From Bdellovibrionales bacterium (GTDB lineage Bacteria; Bdellovibrionota; Bdellovibrionia; Bdellovibrionales; JAMPXM01), in contig JAYVXS010000165.1 of NCBI GenBank assembly GCA_043784965.1, forward strand, positions 14,834 to 78,833: 64,000 nt of DNA. Reading direction: 5' to 3'. The notes beneath the pieces were generated by a model. The model searched no databases and was not told where the DNA came from. It saw only the letters and a program-made list of their open reading frames with translations. Below are positions 44,475 to 53,426 of the stretch, in pieces. Each line of letters begins with the position of its first letter. The stretch's first letter is position 1. A program made the position numbers and the translations under genes.

Positions 44475-45155
44475 TTATAGTTTTAGAATCTTTCGCACAT
44501 GATCTTCAACTTTTTTTACCACTGCTTCAAAACTCATCTGAGAACTATCTATAACCAATGAATCAGCAGGTATTTGCAACGGCGCCGCCTTGCGGCTAGA
44601 GTCTTGCTGATCGCGAATTTTTTGCTGACTGATGGTTTCGTCAACGCTCTTACCCTCATCTTTTGCCCGTCTGGCGGCACGATCTTGTGCACTCGCTGTA
44701 AGATATATTTTAACCTCGGCATATGGAAATACGACGCTTCCACAGTCTCTTCCTTCTGCGACAAGACCCTTAACATTCAAGGCACATCGCCTTTGCGCAT
44801 CTAGCAGCGTCTGGCGAACCAAAGGGTACTGACTTATAGTAGATGCCATATTGCCTATATGTTCGCGAAAAATCTCTTCAGTAACGTCTTGTCCTTTTAA
44901 AAAGACATGGGTCATTTTTTCGCTCATTTGAACCGACCAAATGGCTGACAAGCTAAGCGTAGCCATGAGTTCCTCGTCATGGATATCAACCCCTTCTGAG
45001 TGGGCAACAAAGGCCAGCCCACGATAAAAAGCCCCAGTTGAAATCCACGCAAAGCCAAGCCGGCGCGCCAACTCTCGGCTCAACGAAGACTTGCCACTTG
45101 CCGCGGGGCCATCAATGCTAATTACAGGTACAATTGGTCTCATTAAATCGCTCAT
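44475..45155 (-). CDS. cmk: Cytidylate kinase
   Basis: ISIDGPAASGKSSLSRELARRLGF. Positioned upstream of rpsA, as in many bacteria. Confidence 0.85.
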   Translation of the reverse strand: MSDLMRPIVPVISIDGPAASGKSSLSRELARRLGFAWISTGAFYRGLAFVAHSEGVDIHDEELMATLSLSAIWSVQMSEKMTHVFLKGQDVTEEIFREHIGNMASTISQYPLVRQTLLDAQRRCALNVKGLVAEGRDCGSVVFPYAEVKIYLTASAQDRAARRAKDEGKSVDETISQQKIRDQQDSSRKAAPLQIPADSLVIDSSQMSFEAVVKKVEDHVRKILKL

Positions 45156-46345
45156 AGTTGCACACCAAAATCCTCTCGATTTCTTAAAGCCAAGGGCGCA
45201 CTCGGCGAGTTCCTGGTAAAGGACAATTCCAAAACTTTCTCAAGCGCGACAATTGCCGCTACATTTTCATGCTGAAGACCGACACTCATACGCAAGTGCT
45301 GCGGAAGCTGATAGGCAGTAAGAGGCCGCAGAATAACGCCCTCCTTTAATAGATCACGATAGACCTTTTCAGCATCCGAGCCAGCATCAAACAAAACGAA
45401 ATTGGCCTGAGAAATTAAAAATGTCAGCCCCAGTCGCTTAAGCTCTTCATAAAAATAGTCCAATCCCTGCCAAATCAAATTCTGTGATTTCTGAAGATAT
45501 TCGCTATCCTCTAAAGCCGCGATCGCGGCAACTTGCGCCAGACTATTTACATTAAACGGCAAACGCATTCGATTGATCAAGTCACAAATCGCAGGTTGAG
45601 CCATCAAAATACCCATTCGAAGACCGGCTAATCCATACACTTTGCTCAAGGTTTTTATTACCACCAAGTTTTGATTTTCTCTTAAAAGCTCAAGTGATTT
45701 TGGAAAATCCGGCGCCCTAATAAAGGCATCGTAGGCCTCATCCAAAACCACGATCACATTCGGAAACGCCTTCATCTCCTTAAGAAAGCTCTCGACTTGT
45801 CGATGATTTAAGTAGGTTCCGGTCGGATTATTAGGATTCGCTAAAAAAACCAGCCGTGCCCGCGCCCGAGAAGGGTGATAATGCAGCCATTCAGCAATGG
45901 CAGAGACATCAACTGAAAGCTTTTGAGTCATTGGAATCTCTATAATTTCAGCCCGACTCGCCCGAGTTCGCATTTTATAGGTCGCGAAAGAACAATGGCT
46001 GGTTATAACGATTTCTCCGGGAGCGCAAAAAATTCGCGAAAGTAAATCAATGAGTTCATCCGAACCGTTCCCAAAGCAAAAAAAACTCTCAGGCAGAGCG
46101 AACTTATTTACGCAAGCTTTACGCAGTTCGAAGCAACTTGAATCCGGGTATAGATTGAGCTCTGTTAAATTTTTCTGAATTGCCGCAAGGGCAAGTGGCG
46201 ATGGGCCCAAGGGGTTCTCACTACTCGCAAGCTTATAGACCTCTTTGATGCCAAATTCACGTTGGGTCTCTTGAATAGGCTTACCCGGAACATAGGGGGC
46301 AAGGGCTTGTATGTCTGGCGAAACTTTCAAGTGTTTCCTCTTCAA
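45152..46345 (-). CDS. hisC: Histidinol-phosphate aminotransferase
   Basis: 397 aa with a TTG start. SSENPLGPSP, NPNNPTG and the PLP Lys in KTLSKVYGLAGLRMG. 4-nt overlap with cmk. Confidence 0.8.
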   Translation of the reverse strand: MKRKHLKVSPDIQALAPYVPGKPIQETQREFGIKEVYKLASSENPLGPSPLALAAIQKNLTELNLYPDSSCFELRKACVNKFALPESFFCFGNGSDELIDLLSRIFCAPGEIVITSHCSFATYKMRTRASRAEIIEIPMTQKLSVDVSAIAEWLHYHPSRARARLVFLANPNNPTGTYLNHRQVESFLKEMKAFPNVIVVLDEAYDAFIRAPDFPKSLELLRENQNLVVIKTLSKVYGLAGLRMGILMAQPAICDLINRMRLPFNVNSLAQVAAIAALEDSEYLQKSQNLIWQGLDYFYEELKRLGLTFLISQANFVLFDAGSDAEKVYRDLLKEGVILRPLTAYQLPQHLRMSVGLQHENVAAIVALEKVLELSFTRNSPSAPLALRNREDFGVQL

Positions 46346-46449
46346 AAAGATTGAAAAAAATCGGAATTGACCCTAAAGTGCTCAGTTCTGGTGTTGCTCA
46401 ACAGAAAACATGAGCTAAAAACATCAGCAGCCTAGCAAGCCTCGGGGAT

Positions 46450-47721
46450 ATGTTCAAGATGCTGAATGCTCTAAGTTTGAATGTCGGAGAGTTTTTTGCT
46501 GAAACCAGCTCCAATAAAGCTTGGTTAATCACTAAAAAAAGTTTGACGGATGGTGTGCGAGAGTGTCTGCAAGAAACACTGCCGCTAAATGAATCTTCTG
46601 ATGCGCCGGTATTACTGCAATATTTTGTTTCTCAAAATGCTGACCAGTCAATTCATTTCAATTTTGAGCAGATCGCTTTTTTCGTTACTTCAGGCTTTGA
46701 AAATCTATTGGAGCTCACCGCTCAAAAACACCCACGCTCTAGCTCTCGCCTGCCCAAGAACTCAAGCTCTTCGGTTTTCAATGACACGCTCTTTGGCATT
46801 AGTGAAAGAACAGATGCTTCAGGAAATGTAATCAAGGCGGTTGAACTTGCGGATCTTGAATTTATTTTGGCGAAGCTTCAACTACTATCCATTCAAGATA
46901 TTGCAATTGGATTTTTACATTCTAATACAAATTCAGAAAATGAATTGAAGGTCGCTGAGTTTTTTAGAGCAAAAGGTTTACAAGTTTTCTGCTCCTGTGA
47001 AGAAAACAAGGCCTTAGCAGAAAGCCTGCGCTGGCAAAATGCTCTATTGAAAACTAAACTGAATTTTCGCCAGAAACAAGTTGAATCACAGCTCCTACCC
47101 CTTAAGAGTCAGTTTTCCAATCTCCAGACTAAATGCCTAAATCCCGTCGAAGTGCTCATCGCCAATGACAAGTTGAAAAGCCACTCTAGCCTTTTCTTTG
47201 CCGACAAAGTCCCCGACAAAATGGCGGCACATCTTCATCTTGGCCTAGAAGGATTTATATTGCACGATGCAAGCGATTCTTATGAGCTTGAAATTTCGGC
47301 AACAAATATTATTGCCAGCGGTTTCTTTAATACTCCCGAATTTGCAAACGAAAAAATTTCATATGATCCTGGTCCGATGATAATGGGAAAGTCTTTCGTT
47401 CCAAGTCTAATTGATTTTCTTTTCGCCGCAGGACTCCTCAGCGACGTCGAAATTTTTGGACTTGCCAATGCCTCCGCAGAACGCGCAAAACCGCGCATTC
47501 TGGAATCGATTTTGACGCTTGTGCGAAACAATCAGGAGCGCAAACACATTGATATTCAAAAAGAGCTGCTCAGTATCGAAAAAATATTAAGTTACCGTAT
47601 CTGGAGTGAGATTTTAAAGTTTTCAAATTTCAAAAGGCTCAAATTATCTGGCCCTCTTGCCGCGAGTCTGCTGAAAATTATTAAAAATTATCGACCTCAA
47701 GGAATTGAAATCTCTTTATGA
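46450..47721 (+). CDS. Hydantoinase/oxoprolinase A (HyuA)-like protein, short and with degenerate motifs
   Basis: 423 aa. LSLNVGEFFAE occupies the position of GIDVGGTFTD. IAIGFLHSNTNSENELKVAEFF resembles vAVcllhsy.nP.HE. The stop overlaps the HyuB-like gene by 4 nt. Confidence 0.5.
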   Translation: MFKMLNALSLNVGEFFAETSSNKAWLITKKSLTDGVRECLQETLPLNESSDAPVLLQYFVSQNADQSIHFNFEQIAFFVTSGFENLLELTAQKHPRSSSRLPKNSSSSVFNDTLFGISERTDASGNVIKAVELADLEFILAKLQLLSIQDIAIGFLHSNTNSENELKVAEFFRAKGLQVFCSCEENKALAESLRWQNALLKTKLNFRQKQVESQLLPLKSQFSNLQTKCLNPVEVLIANDKLKSHSSLFFADKVPDKMAAHLHLGLEGFILHDASDSYELEISATNIIASGFFNTPEFANEKISYDPGPMIMGKSFVPSLIDFLFAAGLLSDVEIFGLANASAERAKPRILESILTLVRNNQERKHIDIQKELLSIEKILSYRIWSEILKFSNFKRLKLSGPLAASLLKIIKNYRPQGIEISL

Positions 47722-49235
47722 ACTCATCATTTACAAATGCAGACCTCGGTTTTTCAGTTCAGTGGAGTAAAGCACTGAAACTATTGTTGACAGAATTTTC
47801 GCCAGCGGCATTGACCACAACAAATGGATCGGCCGTGCACATCGAAGCGCTTAGTGTTGCAGATTTAAGCCTCTCTGCCTGTGCGCGCTTTTGTCATCAA
47901 TATTTAAAAATGAAAAATGGTGACCTGGCGATCGTCAATGATCCATCGTCAGGCGGCAGCTCATTGAGTGAAGTTTGTTTAGTGAAAGCAATTTTGCTTT
48001 CTACTAAATCTAGTCCAGATCTTAATGCCGACTTTCTGCTGTCGATTCGCTTTAATTTGGGTGGCAGTAGCGATCCGTCGGCAGCCTTTCATAGCTTGAG
48101 AATTCCGCCTACTCCGATTGCTGCGAAAAATGAATTGAACCATGAAATTCTTGCGGCGATTGGCTCCCACCCGGGCGCTTCCTTTGAATTCTTAGAGAAG
48201 CTGAAAGAAAATATTATAAAATTGAACGCTTTAGAACAGCAATTATTGAGGCTCAGAACCCTACCTGGCTTAAGCTTTAGTATGGATCAACTTGATTTCT
48301 ATTTTGATTCAACAAAAAAATCTTTACTCTCCTGGATATCAAAAAATCTTTCGAACGGCGATTTTCATTTTCAACATAAGCTCTCTACAGGGGAACTCAT
48401 CAAGCTGAGAATTGAATGCAAAGAGAATGAAAATATCTTATTTGATTTTATTGGAACGGCTCAATCTGATAGCTTTCAATTAACTGAATTTATGAGTTTT
48501 GCGGCTTGCTTCGCGGCCCTTGAGTCGCTTTTAAACATTGAACTCCCGGCCAATCAGGGCAGTTTTTCAGCCCTGCAACTACGCACCCCACAAAACTCAA
48601 TGCTCAATGCCAAACAGATCAAAAATTCATATATGGCGAGTCGCTTTCATCTTAAAGAGCTTTGCGGATTTTTGCGATCAAGTTTACTAAAGCTAAGTCG
48701 TTCAGGAAAGAATTTCGCTTCAGACTCTGAAGGAATTGGACCCTGCTCGATTGCCTTCAATGCTAAATGCATTTGGGATTTTGATTTGCCTGGCGGCCAG
48801 GGCGGGAGTAGCGAGAAACAGGGCGAACAGGTATTCTCAATTTGGGCAAATCAGCTTTTTACAACTCAGTCTAAATGTGATATTTTTTCAGTTGAAAAAA
48901 CGGAAAGAAAGTTTGCTTTGCAGTTTCAAAATATCAGCAAGCACTCACACTTTCTTGGTAAGGGAATTCATAACGGCGGGGGCGGAATGCAAATGAGTTT
49001 TCTGGTCTTGAAAGAAGCCGAATTTAATATGGTAGCGCCCCAGTTAAAAAATCGAGCGGCTGGTCAATCGGGCGGGAAATCCGGCGAGAAATCAGAAGTT
49101 TCTATTGAGTTCAATGATTCAAAAACTGAAGTCATTGTGAATCATAAGCAAAGGCTTGAGGCGAAAACCTTATTACGCTTTTCCTCAGGTGGAGGCGGCG
49201 GCTGGGGCGATGAAAAAATTGAAGAAGATGAGTAG
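47718..49235 (+). CDS. Hydantoinase B/oxoprolinase (HyuB)-like protein, divergent
   Basis: 505 aa. IVNDPSSGGSSLSEV compares with the canonical NDPY.GGTHLPD. The C-terminal SSGGGGGWGDE compares with GGGGGyGdP. Confidence 0.55.
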   Translation: MNSSFTNADLGFSVQWSKALKLLLTEFSPAALTTTNGSAVHIEALSVADLSLSACARFCHQYLKMKNGDLAIVNDPSSGGSSLSEVCLVKAILLSTKSSPDLNADFLLSIRFNLGGSSDPSAAFHSLRIPPTPIAAKNELNHEILAAIGSHPGASFEFLEKLKENIIKLNALEQQLLRLRTLPGLSFSMDQLDFYFDSTKKSLLSWISKNLSNGDFHFQHKLSTGELIKLRIECKENENILFDFIGTAQSDSFQLTEFMSFAACFAALESLLNIELPANQGSFSALQLRTPQNSMLNAKQIKNSYMASRFHLKELCGFLRSSLLKLSRSGKNFASDSEGIGPCSIAFNAKCIWDFDLPGGQGGSSEKQGEQVFSIWANQLFTTQSKCDIFSVEKTERKFALQFQNISKHSHFLGKGIHNGGGGMQMSFLVLKEAEFNMVAPQLKNRAAGQSGGKSGEKSEVSIEFNDSKTEVIVNHKQRLEAKTLLRFSSGGGGGWGDEKIEEDE

Positions 49236-49239
49236 GTCC

Positions 49240-50481
49240 TCACGCTCTTGTTGATGATACGGACCTGCAACCCAAAGTGCCTTTGAGCTGCTCTACAATT
49301 TCAGAAATGTGCTCATTACTTGTGGTCTCAACAAGCAGATCAATACGCGTTTCTCTTAATCCCAACTCTGGAGACACGCGATCATGGTAGACCTCCAAAA
49401 TATTGGCTCTTCGCTCAGCCAATACGCTCGTGAGACGATTTAAATTGCCTGGCAAATCATCTACAATGACTGAAATTCGCGCTAAACGATGGGCGACCCT
49501 CTGCCCTCGATCAATTACTTTCGAAATGATATTTAAATCAATATTGCCGCCACAAAGAAGAATACACGCCGTTTTACCGAGCGGAATTTTTCGTGACAAT
49601 ACTGCCGCTAGGCCAGCCGCTCCCGAGCCTTCGCTCACACTTTTTGACTTTTCTAAAAGAAAAACAATGGCGCGGGCAATTTCATCGTCACTCACTTCAA
49701 AGATATCATCCACAAGTCTTGATATGTAAGTATCGCACATTTGCGGTGATGCATTTTTAATGGCAATGCCCTCTGCAATGGTCGAAATTTTTTTACTGCT
49801 TTTTTCGCTTAGCTTTTCTTTTTTAAACAACTGACGCATATTGGGCGCCTGATCAGAAACCACACCGTATACTTTAATACTTGGCTTTAGACTCTTGAGT
49901 GCAGTGGCAATACCGCTGATTAAGCCCCCTCCACCTATTGGAATGACAATTGAATCTAACTCCGGAAGGCGCTCGAAAATTTCAAGGCCTATTGTCCCTT
50001 GCCCGGCAATAATTTTTTCATCTTCAAAGGGATGAACAAATGTATAAGATTTTTCCTTTTCAAGCTGAAGCGCATATTGGTAGGCTTCATCGTAAACCTC
50101 ACCATGCAGAATGACCTCCGCACCGTAACTTCTAGTCGCATCAATTTTCACAATTGGGGCAGTGGTTGGCATAACGATATGTGCCTTGGTATTCGCCTTT
50201 TGCGCAGCCAAAGCGACTCCTTGAGCATGGTTACCGGCTGAACTAGCTACGACTCCATGTCTTTTTTCTTCGTTAGTCAGCGAATTCATCTTATTAAGCG
50301 CACCGCGAATTTTAAAACTGCCCGTTACTTGTTGATTCTCAAATTTGAAAAAGAGTTTTGTTTCTTTCAAATCGGGAATCATTGGCGCCGGTCGCAATGG
50401 CGTTTCCTCGATCAAGTCCTTTATAACTTCACGTGCAGCTTGAATGTCCGAAAGTTCAATTTTTCTTAATTCTTTTGCCAA
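49240..50481 (-). CDS. ilvA: Threonine ammonia-lyase (threonine dehydratase) with C-terminal ACT-like domain
   Basis: 413 aa. The PLP lysine motif is FENQQVTGSFKIRGA and the glycine loop is IGGGGLISG. Confidence 0.8.
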   Translation of the reverse strand: MAKELRKIELSDIQAAREVIKDLIEETPLRPAPMIPDLKETKLFFKFENQQVTGSFKIRGALNKMNSLTNEEKRHGVVASSAGNHAQGVALAAQKANTKAHIVMPTTAPIVKIDATRSYGAEVILHGEVYDEAYQYALQLEKEKSYTFVHPFEDEKIIAGQGTIGLEIFERLPELDSIVIPIGGGGLISGIATALKSLKPSIKVYGVVSDQAPNMRQLFKKEKLSEKSSKKISTIAEGIAIKNASPQMCDTYISRLVDDIFEVSDDEIARAIVFLLEKSKSVSEGSGAAGLAAVLSRKIPLGKTACILLCGGNIDLNIISKVIDRGQRVAHRLARISVIVDDLPGNLNRLTSVLAERRANILEVYHDRVSPELGLRETRIDLLVETTSNEHISEIVEQLKGTLGCRSVSSTRA

Positions 50482-50601
50482 TTTTTTAATGAAATTCTCC
50501 TTGAGGATAAAAAATCTAAACTGAATTCACAATAACAAATTCTATTTGATCGGGGGCGGACTCCGTCATTTCATCTCATGCTTATTGATGAAAGACTTTC
50601 A

Positions 50602-50898
50602 TTACCAATAACTCGTAAAGCCACGAATTGGCAAATAGGATTCTTTCAGCTCGGGTCGCGGCTCGTTATCACATAGCACTGGAGTCTCCTCATCATTGAA
50701 AAAGAGAAAAGGAATGAAAATCTTATGACAATGTATGCAATGCACGAGATCAGACTCATCCTTGCCTGCATTTTGCGAAAGTCGATTGCAAATATGACAA
50801 CGACGAAAGTATAGCTTGAGAGAGGGGTTCATTCTTCGCTCCAATGTCTCAAACTTAGAATTTAGCGTTGAGTCCAGCTTACGCGCACTCATCTGCAA
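50602..50898 (-). CDS. Small Cys4 zinc-ribbon-like hypothetical protein
   Basis: 98 aa. The pairs CHIC...CIHCHK suggest a zinc ribbon. No family recognised. Confidence 0.35.
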   Translation of the reverse strand: MQMSARKLDSTLNSKFETLERRMNPSLKLYFRRCHICNRLSQNAGKDESDLVHCIHCHKIFIPFLFFNDEETPVLCDNEPRPELKESYLPIRGFTSYW

Positions 50899-51347
50899 AT
50901 TTTGGTTTGCGACGGATAAAATGTCTTCCCCACAGATTTTTCAAGTGAACAAATCAAATGCAGATTTGTTCACACTTAGCCCTTGGCTGCTGGGCATATG
51001 CCCTTTGCCATCAAGAAAGCTTACAGAAAGCTTTTTAGCCCCACGTCTTGCCCAAAGCCGCTTGCTACCAATTTAGTTTAATTGATTTTGCCTGTTAAAT
51101 CCAATTTCTCAGCCAACAAATTTTTCGCTCATTTGTGTCGCAAATTGGCTCATGTAGAGGCACTCGAATCTCCTACGGAAATTTTGGAATCGTCTAATGA
51201 CTTTACGCGAAAAATTGTAGCCCTGTTGCACAGATTTCTGGACCTGAATGCGGCCCTATCTTTTTTTGTTGGTATTCTTGCCAATATTCTTGGTGGAATG
51301 ATCTATCGAATTAAAACAAAATGACATCTGCCCGCATGCCGATTTTT

Positions 51348-51428
51348 GGCCCTGCCCCTGAAATCAGTTTGCCGGTCTCACTGTCCCTGTTCTCAGGTTT
51401 TCCACATTTTACTAAGTAAAAAAAACCA
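51348..51428 (-). repeat. Dispersed intergenic repeat, copy C (5' module only)
   Basis: The reverse complement reads GGTTTTTTTTACTTAGTAAAATGTGGAAAACCTGAGAACAGGGACAGTGAGACCGGCAAACTGATTTCAGGGGCAGGGCC. It lies immediately downstream of tpiA. Confidence 0.7.
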
Positions 51429-51432
51429 GGCG

Positions 51433-52200
51433 CTAAACGCCAAGTTTTACTTGGGCGATTTGCGCAAGGCTTTCTAATTTAAGTGAAGCTCCGCCAATGA
51501 GAAAACCGTCGATTTGATCTTGGTTTGCGAGCTCCTGGGCATTTTCAGGCTTGACACTTCCGCCATAAAGAATGGGTGTTGCTTCGGCAAGTTTTTCACC
51601 AATCAAATCTTTTAGCGCTTTTCTCAAAATGAAATGGGCTTCGCCGGCCTCGCTACTTGTTGCAACCTGACCTGTGCCGATTGCCCAAACTGGCTCATAG
51701 GCAATGTAGATTTTTTTTTGCGGCGCCAAAAATTTGAGTGAGTTTTTCATTTGCTCAGTGATCACTTGAAAAGTTTTGTTAGCTTTACGCTCATCAAGAC
51801 TTTCGCCCACACAAAGCATCGGGACCAGAGCAAGGCCTTGGGCTGATTTAATTTTCTTTGCGCACAGCTCATCGGTCTCATGAAAAAGCGCACGTCTTTC
51901 ACTATGGCCAACTAAACAGACTTGTGCACCAAGTTCACGCAAGACCTTCGGCGAGTTTTCGCCGGTAAATGCACCCTCGCTTTCAAAGTGAATATTTTGT
52001 GCTCCCCAAAAAATATTGGTCGACTTGAGAATTTTCTCTGCTGCCACTAAATTCATTGCCGGAAGAAAAAAAATACTTTGCACTAAGGGTGAAAAACTTT
52101 TTTGTAGCGGTAAAAAGTCTTGCAAAAAATTTTCAGTTTCGCGCGGGTTTTTATACATCTTCCAATTGGCGGCTACAACAAAGCAGGCTTTATCTCTCAT
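51433..52200 (-). CDS. tpiA: Triosephosphate isomerase
   Basis: AANWKMYK, VGHSERR, IAYEPVWAIGTG and ILYGGSV. Confidence 0.9.
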   Translation of the reverse strand: MRDKACFVVAANWKMYKNPRETENFLQDFLPLQKSFSPLVQSIFFLPAMNLVAAEKILKSTNIFWGAQNIHFESEGAFTGENSPKVLRELGAQVCLVGHSERRALFHETDELCAKKIKSAQGLALVPMLCVGESLDERKANKTFQVITEQMKNSLKFLAPQKKIYIAYEPVWAIGTGQVATSSEAGEAHFILRKALKDLIGEKLAEATPILYGGSVKPENAQELANQDQIDGFLIGGASLKLESLAQIAQVKLGV

Positions 52201-52510
52201 GTGATTTTCCTTTGGTCATTCATTGGTTTTCGCATCTCTCCTCAGCACTCGCAACAGTTTTGCTAGACTCAAGTCGTGAAAAGAATTTACTAGCTACCAA
52301 TTTACGCTTTCCGTTTCGAATATGTGGAGGTTTACTTATCAACAAATTTAATTCAATCATAAGAACCAAACTTATTCAAACCTCTGCAAGAAAGTTAATG
52401 AGTGTCGTACATTGGTCTGCTACACTATTTCTGGATCTTGATCTGAGCTGGGTCGAAAGAAGTTTTTTTTCGACTTAAGCTTTGGGCATTAACAAAAAAA
52501 ACGGGCAGCA

Positions 52511-53392
52511 ATGAAGTCAAAAGCACCATTTGCAGGAACCTACATTTATATTTTGCTGGCCTTAATAGGCTACGTAAGTGCTGACCTGGCCATTCTATCT
52601 TTTCGGGATCAAATGATTCCCGCAAAGGGCCCACCGCCGGCACAGATTAAAAATCGTGTAAGCGGAGCCAGTTCCAATTTGGCTTCATATCAGATGATTA
52701 CGCAAAAAAATATTTTCAATTCAGATGGCAAGATCCCGGATGCACTTGGCGCGGATGCAAACGCAAAAGCTCCAGCAGATGCACCACCAGTTCTCTCAAG
52801 CCTACCACTTGGCCTGATCGGAACGCTTGTTCATGCCGACCCATCGCGATCTATCGCTACCATTAGCCTTAAAAATAAGAATGAGAATCAAAGCTTTGCC
52901 GTGGAAGATGAAATTGAGGGCATGGCCAAGATCATTCATGTGGATCGCAACAAAGTTATTTTTCGAAACCTTGCTATTGGGCGCCTCGAATTCATTGAAA
53001 TCAAACAGGATTCAAAACTTAATTTTGGTGTGAGCAAAGCGGTCGTCACCGGCGAAGTGGTTCATGATTCAGATACTGATATGTCGATTAGTCGCTCGGA
53101 CGTTGATCGACTCACCAATAATCTTTCAGATATTTTGCAGCAAGCGCGTGCAGTACCGCACTTCAAAGGCGGAGCCATTGATGGATTCACCATAATGGAT
53201 CTACAAAAAGGCAGCATCTTTGACAAGTTAGGGATTAAAGCGGGCGATGTCGTGAAGGCCGCCAACGGCGAGCCCATTGATAGTGCGAGCAAGGCCCTTC
53301 AACTCTATAACGATCTTAAGACTGCCGGATCAATTCGCCTCGATGTTGAACGCGACGGACGCGGTGAAACTTTGAACTATACGATTCGATAA
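52511..53392 (+). CDS. gspC: Type II secretion system protein C
   Basis: An N-terminal TM segment and a C-terminal PDZ domain (GFTIMDLQKGSIFDKLGIKAGDVVKAANGEPIDS). First gene of the gsp cluster. Confidence 0.7.
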   Translation: MKSKAPFAGTYIYILLALIGYVSADLAILSFRDQMIPAKGPPPAQIKNRVSGASSNLASYQMITQKNIFNSDGKIPDALGADANAKAPADAPPVLSSLPLGLIGTLVHADPSRSIATISLKNKNENQSFAVEDEIEGMAKIIHVDRNKVIFRNLAIGRLEFIEIKQDSKLNFGVSKAVVTGEVVHDSDTDMSISRSDVDRLTNNLSDILQQARAVPHFKGGAIDGFTIMDLQKGSIFDKLGIKAGDVVKAANGEPIDSASKALQLYNDLKTAGSIRLDVERDGRGETLNYTIR

Positions 53393-53426
53393 TTTTTTAT
53401 TTTGCGAACCAAGGAAGGTAAACATC

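Noticed and set aside
51082-51324. An 80-aa + strand ORF (TTG start) between the zinc-ribbon gene and tpiA.
   Set aside because: It has no ATG or SD and no recognisable motif, and its coding potential is uncertain. It is left unannotated.
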